Shown in pieces: positions 26,075 to 37,702 of a stretch of DNA of 64,000 bases. Source of the DNA: Octopus sinensis (taxonomy: Eukaryota); the NCBI RefSeq assembly GCF_006345805.1, contig NC_043006.1:38130001-38194000 (forward strand). The letters run 5' to 3'. The translations under genes were made by a program, and so were the position numbers. The notes under the pieces were generated by a model, which had not been told where the DNA came from, made no database searches, and saw only the letters and a program-made list of their open reading frames with translations. Position 1 is the stretch's first letter; the number at the start of each line of letters is the position of its first letter.

Positions 26075-26535
26075 TACTCTTTTACTTGTTTCAGTCTTTT
26101 GACTGTGGTCATGCTGGAGCACCGCCTTTAGTCGAGCAAATTGACTTATTCTTTGTAAACCTAGTACTTATTCTATCGGTTTCTTTTTGCCGAACTGCTA
26201 AGTTACGGGGATATAAGCACACCAGCATCAGTTGTCAAGTGATGGTGGGGAGGGGACAAACACAGACATACAAACATACACACACACACACACACACACA
26301 CATATATGTATATACACACACATATACGACAGGCTTCTTTCAGTTTCCATCTACCAAATCCACTCACAAGGCTTTGGTCGGCCCAAAGCAATAGTAGAAG
26401 ACAATTTTCCAAAGTGCTACATGGTGGGACTGAACCTGCCACCTTGGGCAAGTGTCTTCTACTATAGCCTTGGGCCGACCAAAGCCTTATGAGTGGATTT
26501 GGTAGACGGAAACTGAAAGAAGCCCGTCGTATATA

Positions 26536-26606
<71 letters not shown>

Positions 26607-26725
26607 ATGTGTATATGTTTGTGTGTCTGTGTTTGTTCCCCCAACATCATTTGACAACCAATGGTGTTGTGTTTACGTCCACGTAACTTAGCAGTCCAGC
26701 AAAAAGAAACCAACAGAATAAGTAC
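26075..26725. mobile_element. Two family A SINEs fused head-to-head (26075-26436 minus, 26437-26725 plus)
   Basis: The minus copy ends at gtgggactgaacc and is directly followed by the plus copy from ccaccttgggcaagtgtc; both lack the first part of the head. Confidence 0.85.
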
Positions 26726-26964
26726 TTGGCTGTGTAAGCACTTTTCTCATCAAACTTTTTTTAAGCATATTTCTAAATATATTTACATTGTTAAATTTTG
26801 TATATAGATTAGCTGTGGAGTAAAAAATTTGCTTTTCAACAGCAAGGTTCTGGTTTCGGTCCCAGTGTGGGGTGCCTTGACTAGGCGCCTACTGATAGCC
26901 TTGGGCTGACCAAAGCCCTGGGAGTGGATGGAAACTGAAAGAAGTCCATCATATATATTTATAA

Positions 26965-27330
26965 ATAGCGTTGGGCCTCATAAAGGCAAAGTGGCTGAGT
27001 TAATTTCAAGTGTTCGGCCTCATGGAGGCAAAGTGGCTGAGTTCCTGAGTGTTGGGCCTCATGGAAGCAATGACTGAGACCTTTGGCATTATGTCGTGAT
27101 CGCAGTCGTGGCAGACACTGGTGTCATGCAAATGGCACCTGTGCCGGTGGCATGTAAAAACACCCATTACACTCTTGGAGTGGTTAGCATTAGGAAGGGC
27201 ATCCAGCCATAGAAAACCATGCCCAATCAGACTGGAGTCCAGTACAGCCTTCCAGCTTACCAGCCCCGGTCAAACTGTCCAACCCATGCCAGCATGGACA
27301 ACAGACATTAAATGATAATAATGATGATGA
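26965..27330 (+). mobile_element. SINE-like family C
   Basis: gttgggcctcat/ggcaaagtggctgag units, ttaggaagggcatccagcc, (GAT)n tail. Confidence 0.7.
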
Positions 27331-27648
27331 TGGATTGTGTGTATGTATGTGTTCATGTCATGTTATTAATTTGTGTTATTAATTTGTTAATGGTGAGTAT
27401 TTTCATTTATGTATTAATTTTTGCTTAGTATCATTTTTACACGTGTGTGTGTGTGTGTGTGTGATTATGTAAGCATTTTTTTCTTTTAATTGAATGCTTT
27501 TTGAACAGGTGTATTTGAAACAACAATTAACTCTGTGTCTACTGGCTGTATCTCTAATGGATGATATTTTTCATAAATAAGTGAATTTTTAGTGGGGATT
27601 GTTTTGTGAGAACATCTGTTCTTTCAAGAGTAGTACTTTGGACAAATA

Positions 27649-27700
<52 letters not shown>

Positions 27701-27801
27701 TGCCAGTGTATGTGTGAGTGGCAATTTGTATTTTTTAAGAATTTTGTTTGACATTTCAAGGACATGTATATGTGTGTGGTAAGTTGGGTAGTGTTGTCAA
27801 A

Positions 27802-28399
27802 CAGTGGTTCTCAACTGGGGTCAATGGGGTCCCTTGGGGGTCCACATAAGATTTTGTTGCCAAAAATTCATGTGCATTAATTCAGTTTACTTCTACAATT
27901 CACAAAATATTTTGACATATTTTTTTAAACACAATATCTCATAAAATTTAATTATAAAAATATTTTTTAAGCATCAAAATGGCTACGGGGTCCACTCAAG
28001 TTAAATAGGAAGGAAGGCGATCAAACAGGAATGAAAGGGCTAAAACAGGAATGGAAGGGGTCAAACAGGAATGGAAGGGGTCAAATAAGAATGAAAGGGG
28101 TCAAACAGGAATGGAAGGGCTAAAACAGGAATGGAAGGGGTCAAACAGGAATGGAAAGGGTCAAATAAGAATGAAAGGGGTCAAATAAGAATGGAAGGGA
28201 TCAAATAGGAATGGAAGGGGTTAAACAGGAATGGAAGGGGTCAAATAAGAATGAAAGGGGTCAAATAAGAATGAAAGGGGTCAGATAAGAATGAAAGGGA
28301 TCAAATAAAAATGAAAGGAGTCAAATAGGAATGAATGGGGTCATAAGAATGAAAGGGGTCAGATAAGAATCAAAGGCAAAAAAAAAGTTGAGAAACCCT
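27802..28399. mobile_element. hAT (Charlie-like) MITE carrying a 20-bp minisatellite
   Basis: TIRs cagtggttctcaac and gttgagaaaccctg. About 17 copies of ggggtcaaa(c/t)a(g/a)gaatg(g/a)aa at ~28015-28375. TSD not clear. Confidence 0.7.
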
Positions 28400-28593
28400 G
28401 GTCTAACTCTAGAATAGGTATACGCTTTTGTCAGTGGTTAAGGGACAAAAAAAGTTTAAAATCTATGGTGGTGGCAGCAGTGGTGGTGAGTCTCCAAGTG
28501 GATAATTAGTGGAACAGGCTGATCAGAAATTTCAGGGGAAAGTGCCTGAAGCAGGAGTGCAGGATCAAAGTGATAGCCAGGAAGAGACATGTA

Positions 28594-28810
28594 TGAGGGG
28601 GTGCTGAAAAGCTCCGGGCTCTAAAGGTTTCGCGAAAGGCCTGATTGGAGGCCCAACTTTCCAAGTTCTTTTAAAGGGCTTAGAAAAGCTGAAGGACTGC
28701 TGCAATAAGTGTATGAATCTGAGATGGAAATATGTTGGAGGAAATCATAATTAACTGACCCTCCTGTATTTTCTTTTACCCAAAGCTATGAACTTTTGAA
28801 CACCCCCTTG
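28594..28810. mobile_element. Mariner-derived MITE
   Basis: TA|tgagggggtgctgaaaagctcc...gaacttttgaacacccccttg|TA TIRs. A second copy in the opposite orientation lies at ~63772-63965. Confidence 0.75.
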
Positions 28811-29679
28811 TATCTGTTGAAGTGACCAAGGAATGAGAGAGAGAGAGATGAGATGGAAACATTCGGTGCAGAAAGTGAAATGAATTTAGAGAAAAGGAGA
28901 AGAGAGACTTTGAGACTAAACAATCAAAGTCTTCGTTGTAGAACGTTAAGTAATAAGGTTAAATTCTCTGTATATGCAGACATCACTTTTCAGAAACTAT
29001 GCTAAGATATAGAGTATAGCCTAGACAGGAGAGATGGATCAAAAGTAGAGGAGATAGAAGAGAAAGAACAATTTATATTTCAGAGTAGAATGTACAAACA
29101 TATACATGTATATCAATATATATATAAAGGTAAAAATTATTAAACAATTTATCGTTTGCATTGTCATCATTATTGTCATTTAATGTCTGCTTTCCATGCT
29201 GGCATGAGCCAGAAGGCTACATGTCATAAGACGTAAAATATTTGTTTATCAGAGTGTATAAACATGTGAAGAGAAGGCCATCGATAAGACTTCTTACATG
29301 TTAGGAAGGGCATTTATACACTCTGATAAATGTGTGTCTTAATATATACTAATCATGATATACACATACATATATGTGTATGTTATGTGTAGTTGTGGGG
29401 TTAAGAAGTTTGATTACCAACCATGAGTTCAGTCTCACAGTGCAACCCCTTGGGCAAGTGTCTTCTGTAATATTCTCAGCTTGATGAAAGCCTGGTCAGT
29501 GAATTTGAGAGACCGAAAACTGAAAGAATTCTTGTGTGTGTCTGTGTGTGTGTATATACATATGTGAGTATGTGTGTAGTTGTACTTGGAAAAAAAAAAC
29601 GTGAGGATTGGCAACAGGAAGAGCATCAGGCCATAAAAAATCTGCCAGAACAATTTCCATCCAACCCATGGTTGTTCCT

Positions 29680-29955
29680 TCTTGAGCCATGCCTGGCTCA
29701 TAAGAGCCAGTTTCCCGGTTTCTTGGCGTATAGGTTCCCCACCTGGACGGGACGCCGATCCATCGCAGGGGGAAAGAGTGAGAGAAAGTTGTGGCGAAAG
29801 AGTCAGCAGAAGTTTCGCTATTACCTTCTGCCAGAGCTGCGTGGAGCTTAGGTGTTTCGCTCATAAACACATACATCGCCTGGTCTGAGATTCAACCTTA
29901 CGATCCCTCGACCGCGAGTCCACTGCTCTAACCACCAGGCCATGTGCCTCCACAT
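29680..29955 (-). mobile_element. tRNA-derived SINE family E variant
   Basis: Minus-strand head tgtggaggcacatggcctggtggttagagcagtggactcgcggtcgagggatcg; body includes cctgcgatggatcggcgtcccgtccagg. Confidence 0.7.
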
Positions 29956-30294
29956 CCAACCCATGCAAACACAAGGAAGTACTCACTAAAGAACGATAAT
30001 AATACATGCTAAATTGCAAAATAAAACATTTTCATTTATTGTAATTTAAATACTAGGAAACAAAGAAATAGAAAAGGGGGCAAAAAAGTGGAGGGGATTA
30101 AGCAGGTAAAGATGTAGGGGGAGTGAGCAGTGGGCTAGTACTGAACTAGTATGGATCTTATCAACCATGAAAGGATGAAAAGCAAAGATGACATCAGTAG
30201 AACTTGAAATCAGGTTTCTAAAGGGCTGGAAAATATGCCGCAATGCGTTTCCTCTGACATACTGATAGTGCTGCCAGATAGTAACCTTAATAAT

Positions 30295-31015
30295 AATAAT
30301 AATAATGGTTACAAATTTTGCCACAACGGCAGTAATTTTGGGAGTGGGTGATGAGTCAATTACATCGACCCCAGTTTTCAGCTGGTTCTTATTTTATCGA
30401 CCTTGAAAGGATGAAAGGCAAAGTTGACCTTGGTGGAATTTGAACTCAGAACATAGCAACAAGCGAAATACTGCTAAGCATCTCATCCAGCGTGCTAAGA
30501 ATTTGTGCCAGCTTGCCACCTTTATTTCTACTCTAGGCACAAGGCCTTGAAAATTTGGGGAGGAAAGGGGCTAGTCGATTACATTGGCCCAGTGCGTAAC
30601 TGGTATTTATTTCATCACCCCTGAAAGGATGAAAGGCAAAGTCGACCTCGGCAGAGTTTGAACACAGAACATAGTGGCAGATGAAATACCTCTAAGCATT
30701 TCACCTGGTGTGTTAACAATTCTGCTAGCTCACCACTGTAGTAGTAATAATAATAACAACAACAATAATAATAATAATAATTATAATAATAATAATCCTT
30801 TCTACTATAGGCAAAAGGTCTGAAATTTTAGGTGGGGATAGTTGATTACACAGACACCAGTGCATAACTGGTGCTTATTTCATCGACCTAAACAGATGAA
30901 AGGCAAAGTCAACCCAGCGGCATTTGAACTCAGAATGTAAAGACAGGCGACATGCAGCTAAGCATTTTGCCCGGCATGTGAACTGTTCTGCTAGCTTACC
31001 GTCTTAATAATAATA
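30295..31015 (-). mobile_element. Cluster of three family B SINEs with (AAT)n spacers
   Basis: Family motifs repeated at ~30350, ~30575 and ~30840. Confidence 0.8.
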
Positions 31016-31029
31016 ATAATAGCACTGAT

Positions 31030-31580
31030 GCACTGCCAGGCAGTGACTCTCATGGCTTCTGATCTTAACCGATTGGAAGTGTTATCATGTATATTGATTT
31101 GTCTTGGTATAAAAGATGGACAACAGCAAATCTTCTGCTCAATACCACAAATTTATTTTTCAATTGCTTGACCATAACCAGTTGAGCATGTCCCTTGGTG
31201 GCTGAAAATATGTGCATCTTTGATCATGAGCAGAAATAGTGGGGGAGCATCATAGCCATGTGTTGAGAGGAATTCTTCGGAGTTTGAATGATACACCTCT
31301 GGAAACATGGGTGTTTTGTTCATCATCCTTAAACAACCCTTATTCAGGGACCTTTTCAGCAAGATGGGCTACTCAACCTGAAGAAAATTCTAACTGGGCC
31401 CCACCTGCAAGAGCATGCGTTGTTTGTCTTAATATCAGATCACCATGTTGTGCACATTGGGTTGTGATGCATGTGCCTGGTGTACCCTTATCAGGTGGGT
31501 AGTCATGATGAGTATACTGGGCTTCGTATATATTTTACCCCAGTGTCACTTTAATGGCATGCACTGCTCTCTCATTCAAG
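31030..31580 (+). mobile_element. Retroposon family D, older copy, preceded by (AAT)n
   Basis: Colinear with 5541-6088 but with more substitutions. Confidence 0.8.
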
Positions 31581-32282
31581 AAGAAAAAGAAGGGAGGAGG
31601 AAGAAGAACCCTTTCTATTATGGACACAAAGCGTGACATTTTAGGGGATGATGATACTTGATTACATCAACTCCAGTGTTTAACTGATGCTTATTTTATT
31701 AACTCCAAAAGGAAGAACAGCAGAGATGACCATGGTGGAATTTGAAACCAGATTGTAAAGAGCTGGAAAATATGCTACTATCCATTTCGCCTGATGTGCA
31801 AACAATTCTGCCAGTTAATTATCTTAATCATCATCATTAAACGTCCATGTTCCATGTTAGCATGGGTGGGACAGTACTACCAAAGCCGGCCAGGCCGAAG
31901 CCTGCACCAAACTTCTGTGACTGTTTCAGCAGAGTGGACTTAGTGATTTTATGTGGCACAAGCACAGGTGAGGTCAGTTTTGGCAAGGTTTTTATAGCTG
32001 GATGCCCTTCCAAATACCAACCACTTTACAGTGTGGACTGGGTACTTTTAAGTGGCACCTGCACTGACAGGGTCACCAAGTACTTGCAAAACAAAATCTT
32101 TTAAGAGGGGAGGAAGCATTGAAGGAGGTGATGATGAAAAGGTTATAGTGAGACAGATACAGGTGTCTTGCTGTAGAGGAAGTACAAGGTTACCTGGTTG
32201 GAGAGAGAAAGATCAGGAATGAAGACAGAAATAAGTATACTATCACAAAGAAAATACACGGTTACCCAATAATAATAATAAT

Positions 32283-32790
32283 CGTTTCTTTATTGGTCAT
32301 AATGGCCGAACACAAAACAGACAATGGCAATTAACAATACAATTAAACAATAAAATTCCCCTAAAATAGGGAGTCCTTTACAGAGACAACTGAGGAACCC
32401 CGCACATTCTGGTTATCCCGTCTGCCAGATACACCTCTCTCCATCTCAACTTCTCCGGTTAACAAACAAAGGTTCAGAGTAGGCCCATTTGCACGAGCCA
32501 TCCTCACCACATTCACCCACCTTTCAACAAATTTACTGGGGGTGGGGCAGAACTTTCCTCTCTACTCTCACTTGAAAACTTGATGAGGGCTCAGCCGAAA
32601 AGGAAAATATCAGTCTTCAGTCCTTTCAATCTCATCCACCATGCTACTTCCTTTGCCATAGCCACCAGACAGAGGAACACTGCCTTTCTTTCCCAGCGAA
32701 AGGAAAGCAGCGGGGCGATAAAGGTAGTGAATTGGTAAAATGATTAGAGCATGAGACCCCATCCAGGCCAACTTTGTATTTCCCCCTTTT
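32283..32790 (-). mobile_element. L1/Tx1-like LINE 3' end
   Basis: Minus strand FLCLVAMAKEVAWWMRLKGLKTDIFL...ERWVNVVRMAR, then a 3'UTR ending aataaagaaacg(ATT)n. Same peptide as 61761-62021; clade assignment is by recognition. Confidence 0.6.
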
Positions 32791-33790
32791 AGGTTCATAA
32801 AATAAAGTACCAGTCAAGTACTGGGGTCGATGGAATGAACAAAACTCCTCCCGTCAAATCTGTTGGCCTTGAGTCTAAATCAGAAACATTTTATTGGCAG
32901 AATTGTTAGAACGTTGGAGTAATGTCTAGTAGTAAATCGTACAACACTTGAAGTTCTGAATTCAAATCCCGTTTGGGTCATCTTTGCCAAATACCTTTAT
33001 GGGGTTTGATAAAATAAAATATCAACTGCCCCTCCCCCCGTCTCTTCAAAATTGTTAGCCTTCTACCTATGGCAGAAAGAATTATTATTACTAAGGTGGT
33101 GAGCTGGCAGAATCGTTAACATGCTGGGCGAAATGCTTAGCTCTGAGTTCAAATTCCGCCGAGGTCGACTTTGCTTTTCATCCTTTCAGGATCGATAAAT
33201 TTAAGTACCAGTCAAGTACTGGGGTCGATGTAATCGACTATCCACCTGACCCACAAATTCCAGGCCTTGTGTCTATAGTAGAAAAGATTATTAGTATTTT
33301 GTTTGGTAGAATATAAATACACTACAAATGAGAGATGCCATCCATTTCGTTTTACCGTTCTGAAGACATAGCGAAAATGGATCTGAGATTATTATTTCAC
33401 AAATAAATAAGGCGGCGAGCTGACAGAATCGTTAGCAAGCTGGACGAAATGCTTCGTGGTATTTCGTCTGCCGCTACGTTCTGGGTTCAAATTCCCCCAA
33501 GGTTCACTTTGCCTATCATCCTTTCGGGGGTCGATAAATTAAGTACCAGTTACGCACTGGGGTCGGTATAATCGACTTAATCCGTTTGTCTGTCCTTGTT
33601 TGTCCTCTCTGTGTTTAGCCCCTTGTGGGTAGTAAAGAAATAGGTATTTCACCCGTCGCTACGTTTAACTTTGCCTCTCATCCTTTCGGGGTCGATAAAT
33701 TAAGTACCAGTTGTGTAGTGAAGTCGATCTAATCAACTGGCACCCTCTCCCACCAAACTCCAGGCTTTGTGCCAAAATTAGAAAGGATTA
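32785..33790 (+). mobile_element. Cluster of family B SINEs
   Basis: aaggcggcgagctgacagaatcgttagc...ggggtcgataaattaagtaccagttacgcactggggtc; CpGs are retained in the distal copies. Confidence 0.8.
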
Positions 33791-34304
33791 TTTCGCAAAT
33801 ACATTTTAATAAATAAATAAAATATATCAAGATAGATAACTCTTCCATGCTTTAGGAATTATCTCCCTTTAAGCACAGGACGGGTATAACAGACTAAAGC
33901 TTCTCAAAGTGGTGGTCCGCGGCGAGTTGCCAGCAAAGAAAGAAACGTTATAAAGTGCTCATGTAATATTGGGCGATCTTACAACTCTCTTGAAGTTGAT
34001 GCGAAGCGGAAGAATTGATGTGCGTGCGTGTGTGTATATATGTACAGCCATATGTATGTGTATATACATATATACATTTATGTATATATGTATTTGTAGA
34101 GGAAAGGGTGACACTGTGTAGCATATTAATTAACTATTTTATCAATACCTTGGAGTGGTTAATGCCAAAGGAATTTAAGCCTAGAATTGAGAAATGACAA
34201 GTCTAATATTTTTCTTTCATTGGCATAGTGACGGGAACTTATAAGAATAGAGGTCTCCTTCGGAGATGGTTTCGCCAAAGCGAAAATGAAAATCGGCAAT
34301 TTAC

Positions 34305-34845
34305 TTTTTTACTTGTTTCAGTCATTTGACTGCGGCCATGCTGAAGCACCGCCTTTAGTTGAGGAAATCGCCCCCAGGACTTATTCTTTGTAAGCCAAGT
34401 ACTTATTCTATCGGTCTCTTTTGCCGAACCGCTAGGTTACGGAGACGTAAACACACCAGCATCTGTTGTCAAGCGATGTTGGGGGGGGGGGCAAACACAG
34501 ACACACACACATGATAGATCGTTGGCTCCTACACGCATTTTTTTTTTCTGTGTATCTTTCTGGCGAAGAGCGTAGGCTCGAAACATAAAAGACTTGTTCT
34601 ATTTCTGTTCCTGAGCGCCATACTAATACATTTGTTTGTTTGTACTCCACCTGCCTTCGTCTTTTGTTTATTTTCGTAAACCTTCCCGTTATATATATAT
34701 ACACATATACATATATACGACGCGCGTCTTTCAGTTTCCGTCTACCAAACCCACTCACAAGGCTTTTGGTCGGCCCGATTCTATAGTAGAAGACACTTGC
34801 CCAAGGTATCACGCAGTGGGACTGAACCCGGAACCATGCGCCTAT
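34305..34845 (-). mobile_element. Family A SINE interrupted at its central microsatellite by a Penelope-type terminal-repeat fragment (~34512-34690)
   Basis: SINE halves at 34305-34510 and 34690-34845. The insert contains gaagagcgtaggctcgaaac...ttcctgagcgccatactaatac, which is related to the reverse complement of 61205-61320. Confidence 0.7.
34555..34592 (+). ncRNA. Decayed minimal type-I hammerhead ribozyme motif
   Basis: tcttt-CTGGCGA-A-GAG cgtagg CTC-GAAAC-ATA-aaaga. Stem I tcttt/aaaga and stem II GAG/CTC pair; core A6 and the ACGT palindrome are mutated. Confidence 0.45.
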
Positions 34846-34899
34846 TTTGTAAAAAATTTTTTTTGTATATATATATATATATACACAAACATACATACA

Positions 34900-36060
34900 T
34901 ACTTCTAAAAAATAGGTAAACATACGCGGTCCACACTCGCGTACTCATTGTCTTTTATGTCCACGAACCAGCTGATGAGTGAAATACACGCTCGCATACA
35001 CATTTAGGATTGCCGGTTTTTCTTATGCTTGATACCGGCTTTCATTACCTGCAGCAAGGTTCGAAACCCGAATATCGAGGAACGAAATAAAACTAAATAA
35101 AGTCTCTATGCCGTTTTAGTTAACTATGCTGTAAAAGTCTCTTTAACATGGCTTGAACTCAGACCGTAAAAATGACAAGGTTGAATACGATAGGACAACC
35201 TTTATATCGTACTCATGGTGAATATCAACACTTAATATTACGACGAAGCGTATTAAGTCCCGACACTGCACCGTGTCCGACAACTCACCACCATTTTATT
35301 AGTCCCCGGAGTGGTTAAAACCGTGGTTAACACAAGAGACGACACAACTGGGGTTTGAACTCAGAATTGAGAAATGACAAGTGTGAATATCTATTTCCAC
35401 GCACACCACCCGTTTTCCACGTAACCCTAACCCCTTACACTACACACCGGGTGTGTGTATTCTTTAACTTCGCCTCTTTTATTAGCAAAAATGACGTAAA
35501 CGTATAAGAATCAGCTGTTTTCATGTTGGGTACTTTGTTTTTATCGCCTGCATTGAGATCCGAAACCCGAATATTGAGGAACGAAACGAAACAAGTAAAT
35601 AATTACTGTATGTTGTCTGAGTTAACTATCATGCAGAAGTTTAATTGAACATTACCTGAAATCTACCGGTGAAAATATCAAAACTAAAGACAAATTATAT
35701 TCAGTCCCGGCACTGTACTGGGTCCGCCAACTCACCACACAGTCTCTCTTTCTCGCCCTCTCTCTTAATATATACACTAAGTTATTAATAACAACCTCAT
35801 AAAGGTGCAGTATGGCACTAAATAACAAGGGTGTTTTCAAAATAACAAGCATGACCAATATCAACTTACTGTCAATAAGTAAAATATCTCTTAGGCATTA
35901 CAAAAGTAAGAGGGTCCGAGAAAATCAAGAAGACACAACCACGTTCAACATAACATGTTGGTTTGTTTACGCAACACGTGTTATACTTGTCAAAAGACGA
36001 GTGACCACTCTGACACAGAGAACGTCAAGAGAATTACTCATAAACATCTACCTAGTATCT
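34900..36060 (-). promoter_or_regulatory. CpG-retaining island: candidate promoter and non-coding first exon(s) of the minus-strand C7orf25-like gene
   Basis: Non-repeat sequence with visibly more CG dinucleotides than 1-33 kb. Minus-strand donors gtg|gtgagt at 35288 and 35735. The coding exon at 19786 needs an upstream UTR exon. The linkage is inferred. Confidence 0.45.
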
Positions 36061-36144
36061 TTTCCTTGTTTCAGCCATTGGACTGAGACCATGCTGAGGC
36101 ACTGCCTTGAAGGGTTCAGTTGAACATATCGACCCCATTATTTA

Positions 36145-37125
36145 GCGCGCCGGGCGAAATGCTTGGCGGTATTTCGTTTGCCGTTACGTTCTGAGTTCAA
36201 ATTCCGCCGAGGTCGACTTTGCCTTTCATCCTTTCGGGGTCGATAAAAATAAAGTACCAGTTTCGCACTGGGGTTGATGTAATCGACTTAATCCCTTTCT
36301 CTGACCTGTCTATGTTTAGCCCCTTGTGGGGAGTAAAGAAAAAAATTATTATTATTATTAATATTATTTAAAAGACTGGTACTTATTCTATCATTCTCTT
36401 TTTGCTGAACACCTAGGTTACGGGATTGTATACAAACTAACGCCGGCTGTTTGTCAAGCGATTGGGTGGGTGTGGGGTAAAATGCAAATACAGCCCTTTC
36501 TACCGAAGGCACAAAGCTTGAAGTTTTGGAGGAGCGGACAAGTTGATTACATCGACCCCAGTGTTTCACTGGTATGTAATTTGTCGATACCGAAAGGATG
36601 AAAGGCAAAGTCGAACTCGGCGGAATTTAAACTCAGAAAGTAGCGGCAGACGAAATATCTATTTCTTTACTACCCACAAGGGGCTAAACACAGAGAGGAC
36701 AAACAAGGACAGACAAACGGATTAAGTCGATTATATCGACCCCAGTGCGTAACTGGTACTTATTTAATCGACCCCGAAAAGATAAAAGGCAAAGTCGACA
36801 TCGACAGAATTTGAACTCAGAATGTAGTGGCAGATGAAATACCACTAATCATTTCGCCCGGTGTGTTAACGATCCTGCCAGCTAATAATAATAATAATAA
36901 TAATAACAATAACAACTGGAAGCACAAGGCCTCAAATTTGGGGGAGGAGATTAAGTCGATTACATTGACCCCAGTGCATAACTGGTGCTTATTCAATTGA
37001 CTCCAAAAGGATGAAAGGCAAAGTTGACCTCAGCAAAATTTGAACACAGAACATAGCGACGTGTGAAATGCCACTAAGCATTTCGCCCTGTGTGCTAACA
37101 ATTCTGCCACCTAGCTGCCTTAATA
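36145..37125. mobile_element. Family B SINE cluster (36145-36345 plus; 36500-37125 minus, about 3 copies)
   Basis: Near-consensus gttacgttctgagttcaaattccgccgaggtcgactttgcctttcatcctttcggggtcgat. Confidence 0.85.
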
Positions 37126-37702
37126 ATAATAATAATAATCTTTATATCCAATGGATGGTTTGTTAGAACACCAAATACTGCATTATGAGCGGAGAGAGAT
37201 TTTCACTTATGTTATGCTTGGTGCATAAAAGCATACACATTGAAGATTGGAGCAGACGAATATCTTTTGTCATGAGTGCTGGAATTCCTATATCACGAGA
37301 TGTGACTGGCATGCGGTGACCTGAAGTCTTCCTCTAATGATTTCTAATGAAATCACATAATAATGGAGTTCTGGCGCCCATGATAAACGATATTCGTATA
37401 CAATGATCTGCATGTATACTTTAATGCACCAAGCACTTGTATCAGGGGACCTCTGAAGGCAAATAATGTATTCAATGTTTTGATAGGACATCCACGTTAG
37501 GTTGGATATAAAGATTACCTTTTGGTACCAATACTGCTTCCGTCACTAATAATAATAATAACAACAACAACAACAACAATAATGATTTTTATTTCCAAAC
37601 ATAGAGGGGACAGCATGAGGACAGACAAAATGCCACAGTGGGGACAAAAACATAAAACGAATGAAAAAAAATATTATTAATAATAATAATAATAATAATA
37701 TA

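Noticed and set aside
28015-28375. CRISPR-like array
   Set aside because: Units are contiguous with no unique spacers, in a eukaryotic context; it is a minisatellite.
32576-32602. Hammerhead-like ttgatgagggctcagccgaaa
   Set aside because: It is the antisense of a LINE coding region, C3 is absent and stems I and III do not form.
34975-35000. ctgatgag...ctc hammerhead-like core
   Set aside because: It is followed by GCAT instead of GAAA, and there are no supporting stems.
35422-35434. taaccctaacccc as an interstitial telomere
   Set aside because: Only two units; expected by chance.
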